Translations under genes and position numbers: made by a program
The notes under the pieces: model-generated
Told to the model about the DNA's origin: nothing
The model's database searches: none
What the model saw: only the letters and a program-made list of their open reading frames with translations
In this document: positions 9,763-19,618 of the stretch, one piece after another
How positions within the stretch are numbered: the stretch's first letter is position 1
Layout of the letters: every line of letters starts with the position of its first letter
NCBI GenBank assembly: GCA_964501135.1
Contig: CAZCRI010000004.1
Location: 47,238-111,237 of the forward strand
Length of the DNA: 64,000 bases
Reading direction: 5' to 3'
Origin: an uncultured Candidatus Saccharibacteria bacterium
GTDB taxonomy: Bacteria; Patescibacteriota; CPR2; UBA1875; CAIMLA01

Positions 9763-10235
9763 TAGATAGCAGTAATTCCCTTTATTTTCCAGGCACCTTC
9801 AAATTTCACTAAATCAAAAGTACGAGCAACTTGATCTTCGCCTACTACAAGATTAATACTAACAGTTGCCGTATCGCCCTCAATTGTTTGCTCCGAATCG
9901 CCGACTGTCATATTTACAATATCACTCCCAAGTTTAAGGGTGTTCTTGATATCCATATTCTGAACCGAACTGTCTAGATAAAGTTTCGCATTCTCAGTAG
10001 CATCTGACTTTACTTCGTTCAAAAAAGCCACCACTGCCTCCGTTGGAGTAAAGTTATTTGTGTCCTTTGAACTTGTAATTTCATCGACCTTCTTTTGGGT
10101 TTCGTCAATTTTTGCGGATATCTCTGACGACTTAGAAGCATATGAACTGTTTAGGAACAGTATAATCGCCGTTACTGATATCGCAAGAACAACGATCATA
10201 CCGATGATAGCAATAATTGGTGACTTATCTTTCAT
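9762..10235 (-). CDS. Hypothetical membrane-anchored protein
   Basis: 157 aa; N-terminal TM helix then soluble domain; no recognisable motif. Confidence 0.45.
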   Translation of the reverse strand: MKDKSPIIAIIGMIVVLAISVTAIILFLNSSYASKSSEISAKIDETQKKVDEITSSKDTNNFTPTEAVVAFLNEVKSDATENAKLYLDSSVQNMDIKNTLKLGSDIVNMTVGDSEQTIEGDTATVSINLVVGEDQVARTFDLVKFEGAWKIKGITAI

Positions 10236-10256
10236 TTTTCCTCTTTCTCCCTAAGC

Positions 10257-11243
10257 TTATAATTCGGGGAGTACTTTACTATCTATTTTAGCGCTAAGTT
10301 CATCAAAAGTCATCAATCCTTCTTGTGCACCGATATAGCGAACCACATTTCCAGAATTTGCGGCAGCAAGTTTCATTCCGTATTTTGGTCCATAACCGAG
10401 TATGTGCGCTGCGACAAAAGTCGCCCCGTAAGCATCTCCTGCACCAGTAGTCTCTACTACCTCTCCTCCAGCCGCTGGTTCGTGATATTCCTTATTCCCA
10501 TCATTGAGATAGCTTCCGTTGGCACCATCAGTAACAATGACGATGCCACCTGTCATCTTTTGTAATTCTGCCAGAAGTTTCTTTTCATCTGCTTTTGCCA
10601 GAGATTTATCTTTGCTAGATGCAAGTTTTACTGCCTCATCCCTGTTCAATATGAGAACCGCCGTCTCTTCAAGGTAGCTACTAAGGTCATCATATCCGCC
10701 ATTTAACTGTTCACTTCCGGGGTTCCAAGCAACATGAACATTGTGTGCTCTCGCAAAGGAAAAAAGTTCCGGGATAATATCAGCTGACTCTCCTGTAAGG
10801 GAAGAGAGGTAGAGCCATTTACAACGAAGTGGTCTCCAATCGTGAATTTTCAGATAATTATTAGCCCCTCGATAGAGAAACATCGTATGGTCCTCTCCTG
10901 GCATACCAACAATTATCGACATCGCCGTGTGATGCTTATGATCACGCACAATATGGTCAGTATTAACCCCGACCGCCGCTAAATCCTTGATTACCAAGCT
11001 ACCTGTACCCTCGGAACCAATATTCATAACCGAAGAGACGCGGAGACCCATCTTGGCACTCGCCACCGCAATATTAAAGGCTCCACCTCCATAAGTAAAT
11101 TTGGCTTCTTCTGGGATAATCTTGGAACCGTACTCAAAAGCAATTAGTTTTTGATGTCGCCGCAAATCGTTCACCACCATTGCCTCTCCTGTCATAAAGA
11201 AGACGTCCCTAGTTGCTCCACCAATTGTAATTAGGTCAAACAT
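10257..11243 (-). CDS. PfkB-family carbohydrate kinase (ribokinase/phosphofructokinase-B-like)
   Basis: 328 aa; C-terminal PfkB signature TTGAGDAYGATFVAA; located inside the glycolysis cluster. Confidence 0.8.
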   Translation of the reverse strand: MFDLITIGGATRDVFFMTGEAMVVNDLRRHQKLIAFEYGSKIIPEEAKFTYGGGAFNIAVASAKMGLRVSSVMNIGSEGTGSLVIKDLAAVGVNTDHIVRDHKHHTAMSIIVGMPGEDHTMFLYRGANNYLKIHDWRPLRCKWLYLSSLTGESADIIPELFSFARAHNVHVAWNPGSEQLNGGYDDLSSYLEETAVLILNRDEAVKLASSKDKSLAKADEKKLLAELQKMTGGIVIVTDGANGSYLNDGNKEYHEPAAGGEVVETTGAGDAYGATFVAAHILGYGPKYGMKLAAANSGNVVRYIGAQEGLMTFDELSAKIDSKVLPEL

Positions 11244-11256
11244 ACTCTACCCTGCC

Positions 11257-12774
11257 TCATTTAACTAAACTTTTACTAGTCATATCATGTGGTACCGGTA
11301 ATTTCATTAACTTCAAAATCGTAGGGGCAATATTCGAAAGTCCCGGATTCGTAACGTGGGCGATGTCTAGCATTGTTCCAGAGATAATTACTAACGGCAC
11401 AGGAGAGGTAGTATGGGTCGTACAAGGTTTTCCATTGGGTTCTGCCATCTTCTCAGCGTTCCCGTGATCTGCAGCCAGAAGGACCACATATCCAAGCTCA
11501 CTAGCTTTTGCCACAACCTCCCCCACCTCTTTGTCTACTGTCTCAACTGCCTTTATGGCTGCTTTTAGTTTCCCCGTATGACCTACCATATCGGGATTGG
11601 CAAAATTCACTACAATGAAGTCATACTTACCCAACCTCTCTAGTAACTCGTCTCCAACCTTTTCAGCGCTCATCTGCGGCTTCTCGTCATAAGTAGCAAC
11701 CTTGGGGGAAGGCACCATGGTCCGGTCTTCACCCACTTCTTGAGATTCACTACCTCCCTCAAAAAAGTAAGTCACATGTGCGTACTTTTCGGTCTCTGCC
11801 AAATGATACTGCGTAAGTCCATGTTCCGAAACGACATCAGAAAGTGTGTTTGGTAACTTTGTAAAAGGAAAGGCCACCCCAGAAACAGGGAGATCCTTCT
11901 CGTATACGGTAAGGGTCACCAAATGAACATCTTTAGCGACTATCTGCCTCTTAAACTGAGTGAATTTACTATCGAAAATAGCTCTAACAAGCTGTCTTGG
12001 GCGATCTGAACGAAAATTAAAGAAAATTACGACATCTCCGGAACCGATAATTCCATCGCTACACACTACTGTCGGTTTAATAAATTCGTCACTAATTCCT
12101 AGTCTATAGCTGTCGTTTACAGCGTCACTAGCTGTGTCTGCGAGTTCTCCTTCACCCGCAACTAGCGCTCGGTATGCAAGTTCGGTTCTTTCCCACCTAT
12201 GATCACGATCCATTGCGTAGTAACGACCGCAAATCGTAGCAATCTTACCGACGCCAATTTTTTTCATTTCATTTTCTAGTCGCCCTACGCTAGTAATGCC
12301 AGAATGAGTGTCTGTGTCACGTCCGTCTGTAAACCCATGAACATAGACATCATGAATCGCATTATGTTTTGCCATCTCTAGAAGAGCAAATAGGTGACTT
12401 TCGTGTGCATGGACACCACCATCTCCAAGTAATCCCACTAGATGGACCTTCTTTTTGTTTTCTTTTGCAACTTTAAATGCATCTAGAATAACTTGATTAT
12501 GAAAAAAACTGCCGTCCTTGATTGCGGCTGTAATTCGCGGCAAATCCTGGAGAGGAATCCGACCAGAGCCAATAGTCATATGACCAACTTCTGAGTTTCC
12601 CATTTGGCCACCCGGAAGACCCACAGCAGAACCAGAGGCATTCAATCTAAAATGCGGATTCTGAGACCACAAACTATCAAAATTGGGTGTACGCGCAACA
12701 CTAATAGCGTTCGTAGGTCCAGCAGGCGCCAGTCCCCAACCATCCATAATAATGAGTAATACCCTCCGTTGCAT
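11257..12774 (-). CDS. gpmI: 2,3-bisphosphoglycerate-independent phosphoglycerate mutase
   Basis: Signature RVLLIIMDGWG and full-length iPGM similarity. The ORF track starts at 12834, but the likely true start is the Met of MQRRVLL (12774), downstream of the eno terminator. Confidence 0.9.
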   Translation of the reverse strand: MQRRVLLIIMDGWGLAPAGPTNAISVARTPNFDSLWSQNPHFRLNASGSAVGLPGGQMGNSEVGHMTIGSGRIPLQDLPRITAAIKDGSFFHNQVILDAFKVAKENKKKVHLVGLLGDGGVHAHESHLFALLEMAKHNAIHDVYVHGFTDGRDTDTHSGITSVGRLENEMKKIGVGKIATICGRYYAMDRDHRWERTELAYRALVAGEGELADTASDAVNDSYRLGISDEFIKPTVVCSDGIIGSGDVVIFFNFRSDRPRQLVRAIFDSKFTQFKRQIVAKDVHLVTLTVYEKDLPVSGVAFPFTKLPNTLSDVVSEHGLTQYHLAETEKYAHVTYFFEGGSESQEVGEDRTMVPSPKVATYDEKPQMSAEKVGDELLERLGKYDFIVVNFANPDMVGHTGKLKAAIKAVETVDKEVGEVVAKASELGYVVLLAADHGNAEKMAEPNGKPCTTHTTSPVPLVIISGTMLDIAHVTNPGLSNIAPTILKLMKLPVPHDMTSKSLVK

Positions 12775-12801
12775 ATGGATATTATAGCAGAATAGAGTCA
12801 T

Positions 12802-12826
12802 AAAAAAGAGCCCCTTTGTGGAGCTC
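12802..12826 (-). terminator. Rho-independent terminator downstream of eno (hairpin GAGCUCC-loop-GGGGCUC followed by U6 on the minus-strand transcript)
   Basis: Read directly from the sequence: aaaaaagagcccctttgtggagctc. Confidence 0.55.
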
Positions 12827-12843
12827 TGTAGCAATCTCTAAAC

Positions 12844-14133
12844 CTAGGCCTGAGTCGTCAGTTCTGCTTCTATCTCAACTAAGCGATTATATTTGGCGAC
12901 ACGTTCGCCTCTGGCTGGTGCCCCAGATTTGATTTGACCAACACCAGTTGCAACCACTAAGTCGGCGATAAAAGTGTCGGTGGTTTCGCCAGAACGATGG
13001 GAAATCATACATTTATAATTGTTTTTAAGCGCTAAACTGATTGCGCTCAGGGTCTCGGTCAAAGTACCTATTTGGTTTAGCTTAATCAAAACGGCATTCC
13101 CAGCCCGCTTTTCTATGCCTTCAGCTATTCGTTCAGGGTTTGTAACAAAGAGATCGTCACCAACTAGCTGAACCTTGGCGCCTAGTTTTTCGGTCAGTAG
13201 CGTCCATCCTTCCCAGTCGTCTTCGGCCAAACCGTCCTCGATAGAAACGATCGGATAACTACCAATAAGCTCTCGATACCAAGCAATCATTTGCTGCGAG
13301 CTAAGGCCAATGTTTTCACTACTTAAAATGTACTTGGAATCCTTTTCTGGATCATAAATTTCGCTAGCGGCGATATCAAGCGCCAAAGAAACGTCTTTTC
13401 CTGGTTTATAGCCAGCAAGGGTTATTGCCTCTACAAGTAGGTCCAGAGATTTCGGATTCGATTCCAAATTTGGTGCAAAACCGCCTTCGTCTCCAAGGCT
13501 AGTAGAGAGGTTTCTGCTTGCCAGTAACTTCTTCAATGAATGGTAAACCCGGCTGGCAATTTCTAGATTCTCCGCAACGCTATCCTTTAGCGGTACAATC
13601 ATCGACTCCTGGATATCTACATTATTATCGGCGTGCTGCCCCCCGTTTAGAACATTAAAGTACATCTTTGGAAGCACGTAGTCCCTTGCTTTTAGTGCCA
13701 ATTCTGGCTGCCAATGACCTTCATTTTCAAATAAGTCATTCAGGTAACGATACAGCGGCACGCCAAGCTTTTTTGCCGTTGCGACTGCTGTGGCAACCGA
13801 AACTCCCAAGATAGCATTCGCCCCGAGCTTTTCCTTATTTGCAGTCCCATCTAGTTTGATTAGGACCTGGTCTATTTCAGCCTGATTAGTAGCTTCTGCT
13901 CCAAGCAAAACCTCTCTGATTGGTCCAACTACATTAGCAAGAGCCTTCTCTACCCCAAGACCATTGTATTTTTTATTACCATCCCGGAGCTCCAGGGCTT
14001 CATGGATACCGGTAGATGCGCCGCTAGGAACCGAGAATTCCCCGGCAACCCCGTCAACATAGACTGTCACCTTTAGGGTTGGATTCCCCCGAGAATCAAG
14101 AATCTGTATTACCGTTATATCTGTTATCTTCAT
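12844..14133 (-). CDS. eno: Enolase
   Basis: 429 aa; [23 protein letters not shown]-terminus, full-length enolase. Confidence 0.95.
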   Translation of the reverse strand: MKITDITVIQILDSRGNPTLKVTVYVDGVAGEFSVPSGASTGIHEALELRDGNKKYNGLGVEKALANVVGPIREVLLGAEATNQAEIDQVLIKLDGTANKEKLGANAILGVSVATAVATAKKLGVPLYRYLNDLFENEGHWQPELALKARDYVLPKMYFNVLNGGQHADNNVDIQESMIVPLKDSVAENLEIASRVYHSLKKLLASRNLSTSLGDEGGFAPNLESNPKSLDLLVEAITLAGYKPGKDVSLALDIAASEIYDPEKDSKYILSSENIGLSSQQMIAWYRELIGSYPIVSIEDGLAEDDWEGWTLLTEKLGAKVQLVGDDLFVTNPERIAEGIEKRAGNAVLIKLNQIGTLTETLSAISLALKNNYKCMISHRSGETTDTFIADLVVATGVGQIKSGAPARGERVAKYNRLVEIEAELTTQA

Positions 14134-14143
14134 GTGTTAATTA

Positions 14144-15304
14144 TTACTGATTCTCATCAGTATTACTAGTATCCACTTCTGCGGAGGCATCGACTGATGT
14201 ATCCTCATCTGTGTCAGCTTCGTTAATTGTTGCTTCATCGCTCGGAAAAAGGTAATCCGCAAGATTCCCTGAACAAGTCGTACCGTCCAAAGTTTCTAAG
14301 GCCTTATCTGAACTAAGAGTACTGTCTAGCGAACAAACCATAACTTGACCTTCCTTCGTCGTATCTTCCGGGTTGCTCTTAAGGATAGCTTCAACTTCAC
14401 AAGCATCTTCTACGATGCCGCGAATCTGATACTCTACCTCAACGTTACCGGCCACTGTAGAGTTAATACTTCCCGTCCAGCTAGCCAATGAGCACTTTGC
14501 ATAGCTTTCGGCTATACATGATTTCTTTTCAACGTCGCCAGCGGCAGCGTTACAATCTACAACAACTTCCTCCGTTTCCAACTTGCCGGTACTAAGGTCA
14601 GCCCCGCTAGTCAGCAACCGATAGGCCCAGATTCCCACGCCGAGTAAAAGAAGTGAAAAAGCAACTCCTCCTAATAGAATGTAAAGGTTGGTTTTTCCCC
14701 CACCATCTCCCGCTCCCTGTTTCTTCTGAACTACTGGCTCCTCTGGAGGCAAGGGGATCTCATAGAGAGGGTCTCTATAAATTTCCGGGTCCTCAGGGAG
14801 GGGCGTATCCCCTGTAGGCAAACTGGAGGCGACAGGCGAAGGCGCTAGATTTACACCCGCATTCGTGCCATCCTCTAGTTCTGGCTGCAACGACGGTGAA
14901 GGTTTATCAGATTCAGGGGCCACTTTTACTGCTTCGTCCGAAGAAGACTCAGCTGTTGTCCCAAAATCATCGCTCGCATAAAATCCCGAGGTATCACTCT
15001 TCTCATTCATGGGAGTTTGCGTAGCATTATCAGACGCCTGCTCGATGGTTTCGTCACTGGAATCTAATCCTCCATTGGTTGGAATAACCAGCTCGGCAGT
15101 CTCACCAATGCTCTGGTCGATGTCCTCCGGATGGCTGTCTACAGCCCCTGGTTCCGGGGCTGGGACGACTCTACTGCCATCAAATGATCCCTGACCCCAA
15201 TCACCCTGATTGATTTCTGCCTCAGGCACTTCTTTGCCACAATCCGAGCAAATGTATCGCCCATTTACTTGCACTAATTCAGTTTTACAATTCGGACATT
15301 GCAA
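14144..15304 (-). CDS. Hypothetical zinc-ribbon / acidic-disordered / Cys-rich membrane protein
   Basis: 386 aa; N-terminal CPNC...CSDC zinc ribbon, long D/E/S/P-rich region, one TM (LYILLGGVAFSLLLLGVGIWAY), extracytoplasmic domain with about 8 Cys. Confidence 0.5.
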   Translation of the reverse strand: MQCPNCKTELVQVNGRYICSDCGKEVPEAEINQGDWGQGSFDGSRVVPAPEPGAVDSHPEDIDQSIGETAELVIPTNGGLDSSDETIEQASDNATQTPMNEKSDTSGFYASDDFGTTAESSSDEAVKVAPESDKPSPSLQPELEDGTNAGVNLAPSPVASSLPTGDTPLPEDPEIYRDPLYEIPLPPEEPVVQKKQGAGDGGGKTNLYILLGGVAFSLLLLGVGIWAYRLLTSGADLSTGKLETEEVVVDCNAAAGDVEKKSCIAESYAKCSLASWTGSINSTVAGNVEVEYQIRGIVEDACEVEAILKSNPEDTTKEGQVMVCSLDSTLSSDKALETLDGTTCSGNLADYLFPSDEATINEADTDEDTSVDASAEVDTSNTDENQ

Positions 15305-15313
15305 GTGGTACTC

Positions 15314-17701
15314 CTAGTTTTTATTTCCAAACTTTGCTTCGAGTTCCTTGATTTCATCCTTCATTTTAACCACGTCGTTGAGTAATATCTTCTCCTCAAC
15401 GGCCGCTACCAATCTCCTGGTACTGTCGATCATGTCTGGGTTTACGGAGATCGAAGTTGCACCGTATTCCACCATCTTCTGTGCCACCTCGGGGTAAACA
15501 CTCGGTGCCTGACCACAAATCGAGCATGTTACGCCATATTTGGCACAAGTCTCCACGGTTCTTTGAATCATCCATTGAACCGCTGGGTAGCGCTCATCAA
15601 ATTCCTCGGCTACTACCGAAGAATCTCTGTCGAGACCAAGCGTCAACTGGGTCAAGTCGTTTGAACCGATAGAAACCCCATCTATCCCCATCTCACAATA
15701 TTTATCGATTTCAATTACCGCACTCGGTACCTCTACCATAATCCAGAGCTTAAAATCAGGGTCAGTTTGTTTGTTGAGCCCGCTGGCTTCTACAATCTGT
15801 TTAACTTTAGCAAATTCGTCGGTGCGACGCACGAACGGAATCATCAATTGCAAATTATTGAAGTTCTTACGAACCCTCTTAATCGCCTCTAGCTCTAGAG
15901 AAAACTCCTCTGGATCTTTGAGATATCGGAAGCAACCCCTATAGCCAATCATCGGGTTTTCTTCGTTTGGTTCAAACTCTTCCCCACCTTTGAGACCTCG
16001 GTACTCATTGGTTTTAAAGTCGGTCGCCCGGTAAACCACATTTCTTGGATGGAATGCCTTTGCGAATGTTTCCATCCCTTCTGCTAGCTTGGCCACGTAT
16101 TCTTCTTGGCGTCCTTGCTTTATCATCGACTTTGGATGTTCTCCAATCGATTCCATAATAATAAACTCGGCACGAAGCAAACCGACACCGTCTACGTCCA
16201 TCGCTGCAACCTTCTCTGCAAGTGAAGGCTCGGCTAGGTTGACATAGATCTTCGTCGCTGTCACTGGAGCTGCTGGAGCTACCATCATTGTCTCACCAGC
16301 TGCTGGAGCTGCCGCCTTTGGCGCTTCTACCTTACCTTCGTAGACACTTCCGCCCTTACCGTCTACGGTTACCACCTGGCCATCCTTGAGCTTCGTGGTA
16401 GCGTCTCCGGTCCCAACAACACATGGAATCCCAAGTTCGCGAGAAACTATCGCTGCATGGCAAGTACGTCCTCCGGCGTCTGTAACAATCCCGGCGGCAC
16501 GTTTCATGGCTGGCACAAAATCTGGCGTCGTCATCTCTGTAACCAAAACATCGCCCTCTTTGATCAAGTCGATCTCAGAAGGACTATGAATAATCTTGAC
16601 TGGACCCGAAGCCATCCCGGTGCTCGCTGCCTGGCCTTTGATGATAACCTCATGTTTTGTATTATCCGCAGCACCCTCTTCTGTAGTTTCGACGGCAGAA
16701 TCTCCCAAGGTGGTTACAGGCCTACTCTGAACCATATACATTTTGCCACCTTCTAGTGCCCACTCCGTATCCTGAGGTTTACCGTAATGTTTTTCTATTT
16801 CCAGGGCAAGCTTGGAAAGCTGCATAATCTGAGCATCAGTTATTTTCTGCGCTTCCTGATCTTCGATCTGCACAGGAATGCTTTCGCTCTTTAGTACCGA
16901 AAGGTCTCCAGTGTCCCCAGAGCCCGAGTCTCGGGTAAGCTTCCAGGTCTGCTTAAAGATCTCTTTCGAGGTAACCTCAAGGGTCTTTTTATCCACCAAG
17001 TAACGGTCTGGAGTAACAGCACCCAAGACAACTACCTCCCCAAGACCATAAGCGGCTTCTATGGAAATGTGGTCTAGGTCGTTATTCGAAGGGTCGATGG
17101 TAAACATCACGCCAGCAGCTTCCGAATTTACCATCTTCTGAACAGGCACAGCGATACCAACATCGAGCTGACCAAAACCTTGTTCTTCGCGATAATAGAT
17201 GGCGCGAGCTTCAAAGAGTGACGCCCAGCATTTGAGAACTGCAACAAGGACTTCGTCGTCACCTTTTACGTTCAAATAGGTTGCTTGCTGGCCAGCAAAA
17301 GAAGCCCCTGCAAGATCCTCTGCGGTCGCGCTAGAACGTACAGCAACATAAAGCTCATCCAGAGGGGTCTTACTGTCCTTGGCTAGCTTGTGATAACTAT
17401 CTAAAATCTCTGTTTTTAACTCCACTGGGAGTGGCGTTTTTAAAATTAGGTCTTTTGCCTTCTCGGCACGTTCCTGCAAGTCCTTAGAGTCTTCCTTGTT
17501 GAAACCATCAATTACTGAACTAATTTTTTGTGCAAGATCAGTCGCCTTGAGGTAATCAAAATATGCATCTGCCGTGATGATAAATCCCGGAGGAACTGGT
17601 AATCCCGCCTTGGTAAGCTCCCCTAGATTGGCTCCTTTTCCGCCAACAATTGCCCCGTCATCTTTTCCAACCTCTGAAAACCAAAGTATATCTCTACTCA
17701 T
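15314..17701 (-). CDS. ppsA: Phosphoenolpyruvate synthase (pyruvate, water dikinase); PPDK not excluded
   Basis: 795 aa; N-terminal ATP-grasp (VGGKGANLGELTKAG), phosphohistidine domain GGRTCHAAIVSRELGIPCVVG, C-terminal PEP-utilising TIM barrel. Confidence 0.8.
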   Translation of the reverse strand: MSRDILWFSEVGKDDGAIVGGKGANLGELTKAGLPVPPGFIITADAYFDYLKATDLAQKISSVIDGFNKEDSKDLQERAEKAKDLILKTPLPVELKTEILDSYHKLAKDSKTPLDELYVAVRSSATAEDLAGASFAGQQATYLNVKGDDEVLVAVLKCWASLFEARAIYYREEQGFGQLDVGIAVPVQKMVNSEAAGVMFTIDPSNNDLDHISIEAAYGLGEVVVLGAVTPDRYLVDKKTLEVTSKEIFKQTWKLTRDSGSGDTGDLSVLKSESIPVQIEDQEAQKITDAQIMQLSKLALEIEKHYGKPQDTEWALEGGKMYMVQSRPVTTLGDSAVETTEEGAADNTKHEVIIKGQAASTGMASGPVKIIHSPSEIDLIKEGDVLVTEMTTPDFVPAMKRAAGIVTDAGGRTCHAAIVSRELGIPCVVGTGDATTKLKDGQVVTVDGKGGSVYEGKVEAPKAAAPAAGETMMVAPAAPVTATKIYVNLAEPSLAEKVAAMDVDGVGLLRAEFIIMESIGEHPKSMIKQGRQEEYVAKLAEGMETFAKAFHPRNVVYRATDFKTNEYRGLKGGEEFEPNEENPMIGYRGCFRYLKDPEEFSLELEAIKRVRKNFNNLQLMIPFVRRTDEFAKVKQIVEASGLNKQTDPDFKLWIMVEVPSAVIEIDKYCEMGIDGVSIGSNDLTQLTLGLDRDSSVVAEEFDERYPAVQWMIQRTVETCAKYGVTCSICGQAPSVYPEVAQKMVEYGATSISVNPDMIDSTRRLVAAVEEKILLNDVVKMKDEIKELEAKFGNKN

Positions 17702-17718
17702 TTACCCCTCCTCTGTCT

Positions 17719-18573
17719 TTATGCTCTGTCGGCACTTCCGAACATTACAATTTTTTTCTTCACAACTTCCTTGATGGCCTCAATCTCCTCTGGCAAATAC
17801 TTATAAGGCACTATCTCTTCTGGATTTTCACTGAGCTCCTCGCGAAGAGTTTCGGTATAGGCCGCCCGAAGCTCGGTATTTACGTTTATCTTTGTAATCC
17901 CAAGGCTAATCGCCTTCTTTATCTGCTCCTCTGGAATCCCTGAACCGCCATGAAGTGAGAGCGGCACACCAATCTCACCGATTTTTTCGAGCCGTTCAAA
18001 ATCAAGCTCAGGCTCATTTTCATAAATACCATGGATATTGCCGATTGAGGAAGCTAGAACGTCGATTCCGGTCGCCGCCACGAATTCTGCTGCCTTCTCC
18101 GGATCAGTATATGTACTCTTTTCCATCACAGCAGTTTCTGAATGTTTCTCGCTTCCACCACCGACATGGCCAAGCTCTCCCTCGACAGTAATCCCCTTGC
18201 TATGAGCATACTCCACAACAGATTTTGTGAGCGCGAGATTCTCTTCATAAGGCAAGGTAGAAGCATCGATGTGAACCGAACTATAACCAGCGGCAATTGC
18301 ATCTTTAACTGTTTCTAAATTCTTACCATGATCGAGATGAATTGCCACCGGGATATTGAGCCCATCTGCTAAGTCTCTAACAATATCTGCCACGACACGA
18401 GCCCCCATAAAGTCCTTCTCCTTCTCTGAAGTCTCGATAACCACCGGTGCATTCAGCTCAGTTGCTGCCTCCAGGATTCCTCGAATTGCCTCTGGAGTAG
18501 ATACATTGAAGGCTCCCACGGCATAACCACCCTGCTTTGCTTTTGCGTATAGTTCTTTACTGGTAACAATCAT
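17719..18573 (-). CDS. fba: Fructose-bisphosphate aldolase, class II
   Basis: 284 aa; YAVGAFNV and HLDHG motifs. Confidence 0.9.
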   Translation of the reverse strand: MIVTSKELYAKAKQGGYAVGAFNVSTPEAIRGILEAATELNAPVVIETSEKEKDFMGARVVADIVRDLADGLNIPVAIHLDHGKNLETVKDAIAAGYSSVHIDASTLPYEENLALTKSVVEYAHSKGITVEGELGHVGGGSEKHSETAVMEKSTYTDPEKAAEFVAATGIDVLASSIGNIHGIYENEPELDFERLEKIGEIGVPLSLHGGSGIPEEQIKKAISLGITKINVNTELRAAYTETLREELSENPEEIVPYKYLPEEIEAIKEVVKKKIVMFGSADRA

Positions 18574-18755
18574 TTCTTCTTCTTTCCCTTCGGTACTACT
18601 TTACCCACTGTCCTTGGTAGCACATATCCAAAAAGTTTGGACAAAGCCCAAACAAAACCCCCAACTACCGATAAAAATATGATTAACAGTCCACCGCCAA
18701 AGATATAGTCTATAATCCCAGTTACAGGCTGCGTATATCCACCAACTACTGACAT
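18570..18755 (-). CDS. Small hypothetical membrane protein
   Basis: 61 aa; one hydrophobic helix plus K-rich tail; tightly packed between tpiA and fba. Confidence 0.4.
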   Translation of the reverse strand: MSVVGGYTQPVTGIIDYIFGGGLLIIFLSVVGGFVWALSKLFGYVLPRTVGKVVPKGKKKK

Positions 18756-19540
18756 TATTTCACCGCCTTTTTCTTTGGTGCTGGTTTTTGATCAAAAGCT
18801 TTTACGATTGAACTAAACTTATCAAAATTGAGACTCGCTCCGCCAACCAAAACTCCATCTACCCCAGCTACCTTCGCGATTGCGCCAACATTCTCGTCAT
18901 TTACACTGCCACCGTAAAGCACCCGCAGGCCTTCTGCGGCTTTCTTTCCGTAAAGAGCCGATACCAGGCCGCGAATATTCTTTGCCATCGCGGCGATTTC
19001 TGTCGGCTCACATGTAAGACCAGTGCCAATTGCCCAGACAGGTTCGTAGGCAACCACAACCTCAGCCACTTCCCCTGCCGTAAGCTGTGAGAGCGCGGCT
19101 TCTAACTGGCTCATCACCACTACCTTCGAAAGACCATCACCCTTCTCGTGAAAAGTCTCGCCTACACAAATAATTGGGGTAATTCTGTAAGAATATGCCG
19201 CTACTGCTTTTTTGGCGACGAGCTTGTCGTTTTCACCAAATAGCGCTCTGCGCTCAGAGTGTCCAACCAAAACGTATTTCACGAAGTTCTTCAGCTGAGA
19301 AGCGGCCACCTCTCCAGTATAAGGGCCTTCTTCTTCATAATATACATTTTGCGCGCCAACAGCGATATTTTCACCAGAGAGCTCCTTCGATGCGGCATAA
19401 ATATCCAGAAATGTCGGGCATACCACGATTTCTACATTATCTACCTTGGCCAGATTCTTTCGTAGTTTCTCGATAAGAATCGTGCTCTCAGGCACGGTCA
19501 AATTCATTTTCCAGTTACCAACAACGAGTTTTCTTGCCAT
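18755..19540 (-). CDS. tpiA: Triosephosphate isomerase
   Basis: 261 aa; VVGNWKMN and AYEPVWAIGTG motifs. Confidence 0.95.
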   Translation of the reverse strand: MARKLVVGNWKMNLTVPESTILIEKLRKNLAKVDNVEIVVCPTFLDIYAASKELSGENIAVGAQNVYYEEEGPYTGEVAASQLKNFVKYVLVGHSERRALFGENDKLVAKKAVAAYSYRITPIICVGETFHEKGDGLSKVVVMSQLEAALSQLTAGEVAEVVVAYEPVWAIGTGLTCEPTEIAAMAKNIRGLVSALYGKKAAEGLRVLYGGSVNDENVGAIAKVAGVDGVLVGGASLNFDKFSSIVKAFDQKPAPKKKAVK

Positions 19541-19618
19541 ATAATTCGCTCGCCTATTACGGCCAGCCCCTCCTAGTTACTTTCTTGGTTAATTATAGCA
19601 TCGCTGTGCCAGATGAAG

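Noticed and set aside
18570-18755. Possible secG, because of its position directly downstream of tpiA
   Set aside because: The 61-aa sequence lacks the SecG two-TM/Gly-rich pattern. It is kept only as a small hypothetical membrane protein.
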